A stretch of 64,000 nt of DNA. It comes from an uncultured Pseudomonadales bacterium. Lineage in GTDB: Bacteria; Patescibacteriota; Microgenomatia; UBA1400; PJMF01. Below are positions 38,165-48,378 of this stretch, one piece after another. Under the pieces are notes generated by a model. That model did no database searches, was not told the origin of the DNA, and saw only the letters and a program-made list of their open reading frames with translations. Location of the stretch: assembly GCA_964556485.1 (NCBI GenBank), contig CAZKVV010000006.1, forward strand, positions 8,072 through 72,071, written 5' to 3'. The first letter of the stretch is position 1. Each line of letters begins with the position of its first letter. The translations under genes were made by a program, and so were the position numbers.

Positions 38165-39586
38165 ATGTATCAACTCGTTTCTAAGATAAATCCTAAAATT
38201 TTTAGAGGTTATGATCTTCGCGGTGTTGCAGATGTAGATTTGAGCGAAGATGTCTACTACACCCTCGGCAGAGCCTATGCAACCTTTTTGCATGAGCGAA
38301 GAATTCAAGAGGCGACAGTTGGTAGAGACAATCGTCTTACCGGTGAATCGTATGCAAAAGCATTGATCCAAGGGCTCAATGCTGGTGGTATCAACACTAT
38401 CGACATGGGACTATCACTGAGTCAAATTGTGTATTTTTCTTCCTACCATTTCAAAACCAAGGGAAGCGTCATGATTACCGCTTCTCACAATCCAAAAGAA
38501 TACAACGGACTCAAACTGGGCGTTGGCTACTCTGATACCATGATCACCGAAGAAATTCAGTACCTGAGAAAATTATGTGACCGTGGTCAATTTGTTGAAG
38601 GCAAAGGCACCAACAGACAAGAAGACGTATTCCCTGCCTACAAAGCGGATATCCTCAAGCATTTTTCGCTTGCAAAAAAATGGAAAGTAGTTATAGACAC
38701 TTGCAATACTACTTCAGGAAAATTTTATCCCGAACTACTACGTGCAGCAGGATGTGAAGTGATCGAGCAAAATACAACATTAGATGGTAGTTTCCCGCTA
38801 GGCGTTCCAGATCCAACTGAAGTAGAAGTGCTCGACCGACTCGCAGAAGGTGTCAAAAAAGCCAGTGCAGACATTGGGTTTGCCTATGACACTGATGGCG
38901 ATCGCATGGCCGTTGTAGATGATAACGGACAAACGCTGTGGATGGATTCAATAGTCGCCTTGTTTGCACAAGATGTGCTCGATTTCATGCCTGGCTCAAA
39001 AATTGTCTACAACACACTGTGTTCAAGACAAGTTACAGAAGCTGTCGAAAAAGCAGGCGGCGAACCAGTGATGTGGATGACTGGACATTCCTTTATTAAA
39101 GCGAAACTTAAGGAAGTGAGAGCGCCTTTTGGTGGTGAACTTTCTGGTCACATCTTCTTCATGGATAATTTTTACGGCCATGATGACGGTGCTTACGCAA
39201 GTTTGCGACTTCTCCAATATCTTGAAAGAAAAGGTCAGTCCTTGTCTCAAGCAGCAGCCCAGTTAGCACACTACGTCAGTAGCCCCGAAATCAAGTTTGG
39301 TCTTGCCGATGATATTAAGTTTGAGTTCATCAATACCAAAATTAGAGCAGAATTCAAAGCCCTCTGGCCAGATGCAAAATACATCGATATAGATGGCATC
39401 CGCATGGATACGGCAGAGAAAATGGCGATCATGAGAGCCTCCCAAAATGGCCCATACATCACAGTTAAGTTCGAAGGAAAAACCCAAGAACAATATGACG
39501 CGGTCAAAAAGCAACTCAAAGATATTTTAAGTAAATATCCAGAAATTAACTGGTCGGAAGGTGTAAATACACACGCTCTTGATTAG
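38165..39586 (+). CDS. Phosphomannomutase/phosphoglucomutase
   Basis: IFRGYDLRG, ITASHNP, DTDGDR, GGELSGH. Confidence 0.95.
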   Translation: MYQLVSKINPKIFRGYDLRGVADVDLSEDVYYTLGRAYATFLHERRIQEATVGRDNRLTGESYAKALIQGLNAGGINTIDMGLSLSQIVYFSSYHFKTKGSVMITASHNPKEYNGLKLGVGYSDTMITEEIQYLRKLCDRGQFVEGKGTNRQEDVFPAYKADILKHFSLAKKWKVVIDTCNTTSGKFYPELLRAAGCEVIEQNTTLDGSFPLGVPDPTEVEVLDRLAEGVKKASADIGFAYDTDGDRMAVVDDNGQTLWMDSIVALFAQDVLDFMPGSKIVYNTLCSRQVTEAVEKAGGEPVMWMTGHSFIKAKLKEVRAPFGGELSGHIFFMDNFYGHDDGAYASLRLLQYLERKGQSLSQAAAQLAHYVSSPEIKFGLADDIKFEFINTKIRAEFKALWPDAKYIDIDGIRMDTAEKMAIMRASQNGPYITVKFEGKTQEQYDAVKKQLKDILSKYPEINWSEGVNTHALD

Positions 39587-39596
39587 AAACACTACC

Positions 39597-40370
39597 ATGA
39601 ACGCAGAAGCCGAACACATTCTGGCTGTGGGACTGGAGGCAGTCACCAGGGCAGAGAAAATAATTCTTGCACACTACAAAACAGGACTGCAATCTACACA
39701 AAAGCAGGATGGTTCGCCCGTAACTATTGCGGACCAAAAAGCTGAAGAAACAATTCGCAGCGTGGTTGGCGCAGCGTTCCCGACCCATGGTTTTATTGGT
39801 GAAGAATTTGCAACTGACAACCAAAAAGCAGTGTATCAGTGGATAATCGACCCGATCGATGGCACTAAAAACTTCATGCGCGGCGTGCCGTTCTTCACGA
39901 CTGAACTGGCAGTTTTTAAAAATGGCGTACCGTATATGGGCATCTCAAATATTCCCACACTCGGTCTTACTGTCACAGCTGTTCAAGGACATGGCGCCCG
40001 AGTTTCCAGAAGAAGAGTATCTGTTTCTACAACCGCTCGGCTTGAGGATGCCTACATTATTGTTGGCGGCTTAAAACACTTTAACAATCTCAAACATATT
40101 GAACAACTGCTCAAACTAACTTCAGATGTAATGTCTCTCAAAAGCCTAGGTGAAGCCTGGAGTTATCATTTGTTGGCTCAAGGTAATTGTGATGCTGTTA
40201 TCGAAGCGCAAACAAAAATCTGGGACATTGCAGCTCAATCTATGATTATTCCTGAGGCGGGTGGCATTGTCACAGATATCGCTGGAAAACCTATCGATCT
40301 GAATTCTACCAGCATGCTTGCAAGCACGCCAATACTCCACAAAGAATTACTGGTATACTTTGCTCAATAA
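39597..40370 (+). CDS. Inositol monophosphatase/histidinol-phosphatase family
   Basis: SPVTIAD, IGEE, WIIDPIDGTKNF, WDIAA. Confidence 0.93.
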   Translation: MNAEAEHILAVGLEAVTRAEKIILAHYKTGLQSTQKQDGSPVTIADQKAEETIRSVVGAAFPTHGFIGEEFATDNQKAVYQWIIDPIDGTKNFMRGVPFFTTELAVFKNGVPYMGISNIPTLGLTVTAVQGHGARVSRRRVSVSTTARLEDAYIIVGGLKHFNNLKHIEQLLKLTSDVMSLKSLGEAWSYHLLAQGNCDAVIEAQTKIWDIAAQSMIIPEAGGIVTDIAGKPIDLNSTSMLASTPILHKELLVYFAQ

Positions 40371-40373
40371 TCT

Positions 40374-41618
40374 ATGCGAAAACCAACAGTCATCCTCATT
40401 GCAGGCGGCCAAAATAGTCGCTTTTTTCCCATAAACACAACCACTCACAAAGGATTTTTACCTTTATTGGGAAAACCATTGGTGGTCCGTACTATCGAGG
40501 ATCTTCACGAACAGGGGTTTTGGGATATTGTGTTAGTGGTTTCACCAAATGATTTTCAAGAACGAGGAATTGAGGTTGAACTTAGCAACTATCAACTTGC
40601 AGTTCAACCAAAAATAGTAGTACAGGAATCTGCCAAAGGTCAGGGAGATGCAGTGCTTTGCGCCAGAGAGCACCTAACTAATGACTGCATCTTATTGTCA
40701 CCTTACTACACATCTGCAGGTGTGCTCGCCGAAAAAGTATGGCAAGCAAAGCAATCTGGGGATAGTGACTGTGTATTCATGGGCACAAAAACAGAAAACA
40801 CCTCTCTGTACGGCATGCTTGCCTTCGACCCTCAAAACCACAACCGCGTAGTTGGAGTAGTAGAAAAACCAGAAGACAACCCACCATCAAACTTCAGAAT
40901 TAATAGTGTTTACTATCTCACCAAAGAGTTTGTAGAAGTGCTCGCCCAAACACCTATTAGTGAATATTCACTCGAAGAAGCGCTTAGTACCTATGCAGTT
41001 GCGCATAACTGCAGCTGGGTAGAGAACACCGACACCTTAGCATCTATCAAATATGCTTGGCATTTATTCGACTGCCTTTCCGTACTGTTTGAAACAGCAC
41101 AAAACTACATTAGCAAATCTGCAACTATCAGCTCCACCGCACTCATCGATTCTAAACAGGGGCCGGTAATTATTGATGATGGTGCAACTATCGGCGATTT
41201 TGTAAAAATCGTTGGACCTTGCTATGTAGGTAAACAAGCACTGATTGGTGATTATTCATTTGTGAGAGGTAGTACTGTTGAAGCAGATGCCACCATCGGC
41301 GCATACACAGAATTGGTGCGTTCAATCGTGCTTCCTCATGTTAGCATGCACTCCTGCTATATTGCCGATTCAATCATTGGCTACAACGTAAAAATTGGCG
41401 CAGGTCTTATTACCGCTAACAAACGATTTGATAGAAAAGAAATTCAAACACAAATTAAAGGCAAAATGGTAGATACTGCCAGAAAAAATCTTGGCACCAT
41501 CATTGGCAGTGACACTGCAACTGGAATTGGCGTCAAAACCATGCCTGGTATTTTAATTGGCTCAAAACAAGTTATTAAACCTGGAGAAATAGTTACAAGA
41601 AATATTCCACACGCGTAG
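40374..41618 (+). CDS. GlmU-like sugar-1-phosphate nucleotidyltransferase with hexapeptide repeats
   Basis: LIAGGQNSRFFP, VVEKP, left-handed beta-helix repeats, GAGLITANKRFD. Confidence 0.9.
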   Translation: MRKPTVILIAGGQNSRFFPINTTTHKGFLPLLGKPLVVRTIEDLHEQGFWDIVLVVSPNDFQERGIEVELSNYQLAVQPKIVVQESAKGQGDAVLCAREHLTNDCILLSPYYTSAGVLAEKVWQAKQSGDSDCVFMGTKTENTSLYGMLAFDPQNHNRVVGVVEKPEDNPPSNFRINSVYYLTKEFVEVLAQTPISEYSLEEALSTYAVAHNCSWVENTDTLASIKYAWHLFDCLSVLFETAQNYISKSATISSTALIDSKQGPVIIDDGATIGDFVKIVGPCYVGKQALIGDYSFVRGSTVEADATIGAYTELVRSIVLPHVSMHSCYIADSIIGYNVKIGAGLITANKRFDRKEIQTQIKGKMVDTARKNLGTIIGSDTATGIGVKTMPGILIGSKQVIKPGEIVTRNIPHA

Positions 41619-41640
41619 TGTGACTTAGTAGAGGAGAGAA

Positions 41641-42735
41641 ATGTCAATGTCAGTCGCTAGTATTGATTCAAGAGAAAAAATAGCCAAAATCGATGTGTCA
41701 AACATGCTTGGGTCAATAGAAGCACTGGGCAAACAAATCGAACATGCCTGGAAAGATACGCGAGGAATAGAATTCACGCCAACAGCGGAAATTCGCAATG
41801 TAGTTGTCGCTGGTATGGGAGGCTCAGCATTGGGCGCTGATGTCATTTTGCACCTTTTTAAGGAGCAACTAACCGTTCCACTCTATGTAAATCGCACCTA
41901 TTCCTTACCTAACTACGTGGATGAACACACCCTTGTATTGCTGTCTAGCTATTCAGGTACAACCGAAGAAGTTTTAACCGTTGCAAAAATTGCTCAAGAA
42001 AAAAATGCACAAATAATGGTGATTGCATCGGGAGGAGACTTGGTTGAACTCGCAACTCAAAAAAACTATCCCCTCTACATCATTGATCCAATCCATAACC
42101 CCTCAGACCAACCAAGAATGGCAATTGGTTACTCGGTATTTGGCACTATTGCGTTACTCGCCAAAGCCGGAATTATTTCACTCACTGATGCAGATGTAGC
42201 TGCAGTTGTTGAAGTGATTAATCAAAAAGTTGTTGAATGCACTGTTGAGGTGCCAAGCGAAGCGAATCCTGCAAAAACCCTTGCATTCCTTACTATTGAC
42301 CGCTTACCTTTTTTTGTAGTAGGTGATTTCCTTGAGGGTGCAGCACATGTAGTCGCCAACCAGCACAATGAAAATGCAAAAGCATTTGCAAACTTCACTG
42401 TTGTTCCTGAGATGAATCATCACCTCATGGAAGGACTGCACTTTCCACTCAGTAATACATCAACCCATCTGTTTGTCTTTGTGCAATCAGTGCTCTACGA
42501 TCCTAAGATAAGTATTCGTATTAAACTAACTCAACAGATTGTCGAAGAAAACACGATTGAGACCACAGCAATTCCACTACAGTCATCAAGCAAACTCACG
42601 CAAGTTTTTGAACTGATTACGGTGTTTAGTTTTGCCGGATTTTATCTCAGCATGCTCGAGGGAATTGACCCAAGTCCAATTCCAACTGTAGATTCATTTA
42701 AAGAGATGCTCTCACGAGAAGCTCAAGACTACTAA
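41641..42735 (+). CDS. Bifunctional phosphoglucose/phosphomannose isomerase (SIS)
   Basis: AGMGGSALG, SSYSGTTEE, QPRMA, NENAK, PEMNHH. Confidence 0.93.
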   Translation: MSMSVASIDSREKIAKIDVSNMLGSIEALGKQIEHAWKDTRGIEFTPTAEIRNVVVAGMGGSALGADVILHLFKEQLTVPLYVNRTYSLPNYVDEHTLVLLSSYSGTTEEVLTVAKIAQEKNAQIMVIASGGDLVELATQKNYPLYIIDPIHNPSDQPRMAIGYSVFGTIALLAKAGIISLTDADVAAVVEVINQKVVECTVEVPSEANPAKTLAFLTIDRLPFFVVGDFLEGAAHVVANQHNENAKAFANFTVVPEMNHHLMEGLHFPLSNTSTHLFVFVQSVLYDPKISIRIKLTQQIVEENTIETTAIPLQSSSKLTQVFELITVFSFAGFYLSMLEGIDPSPIPTVDSFKEMLSREAQDY

Positions 42736-42753
42736 ACTCTCCTAAAATACTAT

Positions 42754-44559
42754 ATGATGGTGGAGATGTCACAGCGAAGTGTTCTTCTGCCCGGAGATTT
42801 CGTTAAAACCAAGCAACAAGACCTGGGTGTGTTTGTTCTGTCGAGAATAAAGCTTGAGAAACTGCATGTTCAGTCACCAAAAATCGCCTGCATTCCGCAT
42901 TCTACACTCAAGCTCATTGCTGATGCGAACAACCTTTCACCCAAACTTTCAGCACTGCTCCGTGATATTAGTTTTTCTGACCCGGTCTCGCTCACCAAAA
43001 TAACCAAAACCATCACCCAACTCATTACTAAAGCCACGATTCCTCAGAGTATTACTCAAGAGCTGGTCCAAAACTATCACTCATACTTCAAGTCAAAAAC
43101 AATGCGTGTTTTTCCTGGCGACAGTGTCACTGGATCTCAGCAAACCCCATTCACCAAGATAAAAGGTGATGCAACAGTATTGCAGTCCTTTCTTGCCTGC
43201 TGGGCATACACTGTACAAAAAAGAGTATTACACACCAGAACGAGATTCCCCCACATCGCCTTGCACTCATTTCCCATGATTCTTGAGGAAGAACTAGATT
43301 CCCAAGCGAGTGGAGAAGTGTATACCAGAAACCCAGAAACGGGCAATAAAACCTCAGTGCTGATTACTACAACTGGAAAAAGCAGTTATGAGGTAGACAT
43401 TAGAACTTGGAATATCATAAAAAGGCATATCAGCCCTTCAGAAAATAACAAACAGCACATCCTCAGTGAAACACTGCTCAAAAGTATTGCCAGAATGGCA
43501 AATACCATAAAAAAACAGCATTTAAGTCATCAAAAAATTACTTGGGTTGCTGCGCAAAATCAATTGTACTGTGTAGCTGTTGAAGAATACACCCATCTGC
43601 AAGAACCAAGTGATACTCGACAAAAATCGATAACCAAACTCTATATTTCTGCTGGAAATCCACAGCAAATTCACCACAATGAAGAAACTGTTATAGATGG
43701 TGTTGGTCTGCTTAAAAGTGAGTTCACCTATCTTAAATATGGCACCCACCCATATGCGCTACTAAAAGGTCATGGAAAAGAACTGCTTTTTTCTAGCCTT
43801 CTTGATGCACTCACAATGTATTCTGATAGCGTGCATGGCAAACAAGTAATCCTTCGTTCACATGATCTCACCAGCACAGACTTGGCTCGGCTAGAGCATT
43901 CAACTACGTATGAATCGGTCGAAGCTAATCCCTTTATCGGTCATCGCGGCAGTCTACGAACAATCATGCAACCAGAACTTTTTAACCTTGAACTAGAGGT
44001 TCTTAAGGCATTTGTAAAGAAAAGTAGTGGGCATGTCGGCTTCATGCTGCCTTTTGCACGAACTCCGAGTGAGTTGCAACAACTCATTCGCATGTTAGAA
44101 GAAACCAATCTACGCTCACATACCAATTTTAGTGTTTGGTGGCAAATTGATACTCCAGAAAACGTACTTAATTGTGCGGCCTATCCATTGACAAAAATTG
44201 ATGGCATTAGTGTAAACATTTCCACAATCCAAAGCTTACTCTACGGTATTGATCCCACCAATCCTGCGGTGGCTGAAAGATATGCCACTGACACCTCAGT
44301 ACTGACAACCTTGCTCGCCACTTTGATGAAACAGTGCCGTTCATTAGAAGAAACACACGGGATCGCACACTCCATTCCAATCATTGCTCAATTCGAGCAG
44401 TATGACCCCCGACTTGTCCAAGCCTTAGTGCAACAAGGAATTGATGGCATTACCGTAAAGCCCAATGTTGCTCCATTGGCAAAAGCGTGTATCATTGATA
44501 TAGAAGAACAACCATTACTCGAGAAAACTACCACTAAATCAAACGCGATAGTACTATAG
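42754..44559 (+). CDS. Degenerate PEP synthase/PPDK-like protein
   Basis: SGEVYTRNP, DGVGLLKSEF, EANPFIGHRG, MLPFART. The phospho-His domain and GxNDL motif are absent. Confidence 0.75.
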   Translation: MMVEMSQRSVLLPGDFVKTKQQDLGVFVLSRIKLEKLHVQSPKIACIPHSTLKLIADANNLSPKLSALLRDISFSDPVSLTKITKTITQLITKATIPQSITQELVQNYHSYFKSKTMRVFPGDSVTGSQQTPFTKIKGDATVLQSFLACWAYTVQKRVLHTRTRFPHIALHSFPMILEEELDSQASGEVYTRNPETGNKTSVLITTTGKSSYEVDIRTWNIIKRHISPSENNKQHILSETLLKSIARMANTIKKQHLSHQKITWVAAQNQLYCVAVEEYTHLQEPSDTRQKSITKLYISAGNPQQIHHNEETVIDGVGLLKSEFTYLKYGTHPYALLKGHGKELLFSSLLDALTMYSDSVHGKQVILRSHDLTSTDLARLEHSTTYESVEANPFIGHRGSLRTIMQPELFNLELEVLKAFVKKSSGHVGFMLPFARTPSELQQLIRMLEETNLRSHTNFSVWWQIDTPENVLNCAAYPLTKIDGISVNISTIQSLLYGIDPTNPAVAERYATDTSVLTTLLATLMKQCRSLEETHGIAHSIPIIAQFEQYDPRLVQALVQQGIDGITVKPNVAPLAKACIIDIEEQPLLEKTTTKSNAIVL

Positions 44560-44572
44560 GAAACACGATCAC

Positions 44573-45883
44573 ATGCCCGCCATTCAAGGACTCTACGCCC
44601 GAGAAATATTAGATTCTAGAGCTATTCCAACAGTGGAGTGCACACTTTGGTTGGACAATGGTGCCATTGTTGCTACCAGTGTGCCTACCGGCACTTCAAT
44701 TGGTAAATACGAGGCAAAAGAATTACGCGACGGAGACTCCACACACATGGTTGGGAAGGGAGTGCTCCAAGCAGTTAACTACCTAAACACCACTATTTCC
44801 CAAGCGCTCATTGGTAAAGACCCTACCAAACAATTCGAACTTGATCAAATGTTGGTAGATCTTGATGGTACGGATAACAAATCGAAACTTGGTTCTAATG
44901 CTATCCTCGCAGCCTCACAGGCAATACTTAAAGCTGGCGCCCTCAGTCTCAATGTACCGCTGTACTACTATGTACAACAAAAATACCAACTCACCAAAGA
45001 CTTAATTATACCTAGCTGCATCTACACCATGATTAACGGTGGAGAACACGGAGCAGATAACTTGGACATTCAAGAATTCGAGATTATCCCAGCTAGTCAC
45101 ATTAATTTTGAAACATCTCTCAATATGGCAGTGACGCTCTATCATAAGATAGAGGAAGTCTTGCAAATGAAGGGAGCAATCCATTCAACTGGAATTGTGG
45201 GCGGGTTCACACCCAACTTATACAGCAATACAGACGTGTTTGAAATCTTAGTTGAAACGATTAAAGCGAGTCCCTACACCTTTGCGCAAGACATTTTCTT
45301 TGGCATTGATGCCTCGGCTGCACAGTTTTATTCTAATGGAAAATATAGTCTCAAAGACCGCCAACAAGCATATTCACCTGCTGAACTTCTCGAATACTAT
45401 AAAAAACTGCGCGACCTATATCATGTTTTTTACATTGAAGATCCATATCAGGAAGATGATAAAGAAGCCTGGACAAAAATTACCAATGAAATTGGTGATA
45501 CCACGAAGATCGTGGGAGACAGTTTGCTAGTCACCAACAAAGATAAAACAGCTGCAGCTATTAGCGAAAAAACCTGTAACTCAGTGTTAATCAAACCAAA
45601 CGAGACTGGCACAATCAGTGAAACAATCGAAGTTATTCGATTGGCAAAAGAAGCAAACTGGCAAGTTATCGTTTCTCATCGCAGTGGTGAAACCAATGAC
45701 GATTTCATTGCAGACTTTGCGGTTGGCGTCGGAGCCGATTACACCAAATTTGGTCCACCAAATAGAGGTGAACGTGTCGCTAAATATAATCGTCTGTTGC
45801 AAATTAACCAAGAAATACTGCATAGTCAACAAGGTGGGGCAGTACAGCAGCCAGAAGCAACTTCTCCAGACCTTACTACATAA
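44573..45883 (+). CDS. eno: Enolase (divergent active site)
   Basis: REILDSR, NGGEHG, QEF, IEDP, LIKPN, SHRSGET, ERVAKYNRLL. Confidence 0.9.
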   Translation: MPAIQGLYAREILDSRAIPTVECTLWLDNGAIVATSVPTGTSIGKYEAKELRDGDSTHMVGKGVLQAVNYLNTTISQALIGKDPTKQFELDQMLVDLDGTDNKSKLGSNAILAASQAILKAGALSLNVPLYYYVQQKYQLTKDLIIPSCIYTMINGGEHGADNLDIQEFEIIPASHINFETSLNMAVTLYHKIEEVLQMKGAIHSTGIVGGFTPNLYSNTDVFEILVETIKASPYTFAQDIFFGIDASAAQFYSNGKYSLKDRQQAYSPAELLEYYKKLRDLYHVFYIEDPYQEDDKEAWTKITNEIGDTTKIVGDSLLVTNKDKTAAAISEKTCNSVLIKPNETGTISETIEVIRLAKEANWQVIVSHRSGETNDDFIADFAVGVGADYTKFGPPNRGERVAKYNRLLQINQEILHSQQGGAVQQPEATSPDLTT

Positions 45884-45913
45884 ATACTGTATACTCACAA
45901 GAAGAGTATCCGT

Positions 45914-47611
45914 ATGACTGACACTCAATCAAAACCGCAACCAATTATCAGTGGCATGCCATTTAATGCCACGTACCAAAAACGCGACTACGCTGGTCCC
46001 AAACCAGTCGTACTCCTTATTCTCGACGGCTGGGGCATTGGTCCAAACAATGCCGGCAATGCCATTCTGCGAGCTAACACGCCAAATATGGATAGGTATT
46101 GGCTCTCCTTTCCACACACTCAAATCACTGCAAGTGGAGAAGCCGTAGGCTTACCAAGAGGTGAGGATGGAAATACTGAAACTGGACATCTTAACATCGG
46201 TGCAGGACATATCGTCTACCAAGATCTACCTCGTATAAATATGGCTATTGCCGATGGATCATTCAACAATACCAGCGCCTTTATAAACGCTGTCAATCAT
46301 GCTCGACGATATAACTCCAATCTGCATATCATGGGCCTCATTGGTGCAGGTGGCGTGCACTCAAATATTGAGCACTTATACGCACTTCTAAACTTCTGCA
46401 AACAACAACAAGTGCAAAATGTGTTTATCCACGGGTTCACTGATGGTCGTGATTCACCACCAACATCTGGCGTCAACTATGTTCAGCAAATTATTGACAC
46501 CTGTGAAACACTGGGCGTAGGCCATTTAGCTTCACTCATGGGTCGTTTCTATGCGATGGACCGTGATAAACGCTGGGATCGTATCGAAAAAGCATACAAT
46601 GCATTAACTATCGGAAATGGCACCGTTGTGTCCGATCCAGTTGCATTCCTGCAAGAACAGTACGCCAACGGCATCACCGATGAATTTATCGAACCAACCA
46701 ATATTAGTGATTCGCAAGGCAATGTTCCAGTCGTAGGTGAAAACGATGCAGCCATCTTTTTTAACTATCGTATCGACCGTCCACGCGAGCTCACCAGAGC
46801 GTTCGTGATGCCCGATTTCGAGCAGGGAATAACAGCAGAAGCCTTTGACCCATACACAGAAAAATACGAAAAAACAAACATCCAGAAGCAACACCATGTC
46901 GAAACCTTTGTCAGACAAAAAAAGGTAAACAATTTATACTTTGTGACTATGACAAAGTATGAAGAAAACTTACCTACCGATATCGCATTTCCTCCTCAAA
47001 ACATCAAAAATCCACTCTGTCGCGTTATTTCAATGAATGGACTGAGTCAACTGAGAATGTCTGAAACCGAAAAGGAACGGTTCGTAACGTTTTACATGAA
47101 CGGCCAACAGGAAACTATCTATCCAGGTGAGGATCGAGTCATTATTCCATCAAAAGGTGTGAAATCGTATGACCTTGCCCCAGAAATGAGCACTCCTGAA
47201 ATTGCTGAAGAGATGATTGCGCGGATTAATCAGCAAAAATATGACGTAATTATTGCAAATATTTGTAATGGCGATATGGTTGGTCATACCGGCAATCTCG
47301 ACGCAACTATAAAAGCATGTGAAATTTTGGATGAACACGTCGGTAAAATTGTGAATGCCGTCTATCAACTAGGTGGAGTAGTCATGATCACTGCAGACCA
47401 TGGAAATGCGGAAGAACTGATCAATAATCAAACTGGTGAGATCGACACTGAGCACTCAATTTATCCAGTACCGCTACTTGTCATCGGCCAACAATTTGCA
47501 AATCGTCCCATTATGCTGCCAACAGGCATTCTTGCTGATATTGCTCCAACCATGCTCAAAATTCTAGGCTTGCCAAAACCAGACAGTATGACTGGTAGAG
47601 CTCTCATTTAA
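45914..47611 (+). CDS. gpmI: 2,3-bisphosphoglycerate-independent phosphoglycerate mutase
   Basis: ILDGWG, TDGRD, GRFYAMDRDKRW, DMVGHTG, TADHGNAE. Confidence 0.95.
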   Translation: MTDTQSKPQPIISGMPFNATYQKRDYAGPKPVVLLILDGWGIGPNNAGNAILRANTPNMDRYWLSFPHTQITASGEAVGLPRGEDGNTETGHLNIGAGHIVYQDLPRINMAIADGSFNNTSAFINAVNHARRYNSNLHIMGLIGAGGVHSNIEHLYALLNFCKQQQVQNVFIHGFTDGRDSPPTSGVNYVQQIIDTCETLGVGHLASLMGRFYAMDRDKRWDRIEKAYNALTIGNGTVVSDPVAFLQEQYANGITDEFIEPTNISDSQGNVPVVGENDAAIFFNYRIDRPRELTRAFVMPDFEQGITAEAFDPYTEKYEKTNIQKQHHVETFVRQKKVNNLYFVTMTKYEENLPTDIAFPPQNIKNPLCRVISMNGLSQLRMSETEKERFVTFYMNGQQETIYPGEDRVIIPSKGVKSYDLAPEMSTPEIAEEMIARINQQKYDVIIANICNGDMVGHTGNLDATIKACEILDEHVGKIVNAVYQLGGVVMITADHGNAEELINNQTGEIDTEHSIYPVPLLVIGQQFANRPIMLPTGILADIAPTMLKILGLPKPDSMTGRALI

Positions 47612-47685
47612 TTCTCATCTGATATATTTTGATTCTAAAAGATGCGCTTGCCAGTTAGGCTTATCTTCGGTTATTGTGAATATAG

Positions 47686-47706
47686 TTCGGGAAACATACG
47701 CCCGTA
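47686..47706. promoter_or_regulatory. Candidate LexA operator (imperfect palindrome)
   Basis: TTCGGG-N9-CCCGTA upstream of lexA, with an extra TTCGG at 47666. Confidence 0.4.
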
Positions 47707-47744
47707 ATAAAAGAATCAAACTAATTCATACAAAGGAGAAAGCC

Positions 47745-48365
47745 ATGGCAGTCACACTTTACAAAAGGCAGCGGCAAATTGTTGATTTTATTGGTCAATA
47801 TATCCAAAAAAATGGCTATTCGCCTACGTTGAAAGAAATTGCAGATTCAATTCAGGTATCTTCACTTGCTACAGTTCATGAACACTTACAAGCCTTGGAA
47901 CGCAAAAAAGTCATTAAAAAACATGAGGGTGCGGTGAGGGGTATCGAGTTGGTAGACAGAACCTTTGTCAAGCTTGCCGACACTGTCGATTTGCCACTAT
48001 TAGGTTTTATCCAAGCTGGTTCTCCCATAGAGCCATATCCAGACGACACTGCTACATTCAAGGTTTCACCAGAAATGATTAGTGGCAAAAAACGATCCTA
48101 TGTTCTGCAAGTTAAGGGAACTTCAATGATCGAGGATCATATTCAAGAGGATGACTATGTGGTAGTTGAGGAAACAAGCTCAGTTAATGACGGCGACATT
48201 GTGGTCGCACTGCTCGATAATGGTCTTGCCACGCTCAAGCGCTACTACAAAGAGGTAACTCGCATTCGTCTTGAGCCAGCAAACTCGTCAATGAGCCCAA
48301 TTTATGCCACCAATGTGCAAATCCAGGGAAGAGTAGTGGGTCTTATTCGAAAATTCAGGTACTAA
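47745..48365 (+). CDS. lexA: SOS repressor LexA
   Basis: GYSPTLKEIA wHTH, AG cleavage site (IQAGSP), GTSM Ser, TLKR Lys. SD AAGGAG. Confidence 0.96.
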   Translation: MAVTLYKRQRQIVDFIGQYIQKNGYSPTLKEIADSIQVSSLATVHEHLQALERKKVIKKHEGAVRGIELVDRTFVKLADTVDLPLLGFIQAGSPIEPYPDDTATFKVSPEMISGKKRSYVLQVKGTSMIEDHIQEDDYVVVEETSSVNDGDIVVALLDNGLATLKRYYKEVTRIRLEPANSSMSPIYATNVQIQGRVVGLIRKFRY

Positions 48366-48378
48366 TCAAAGCGGATAG

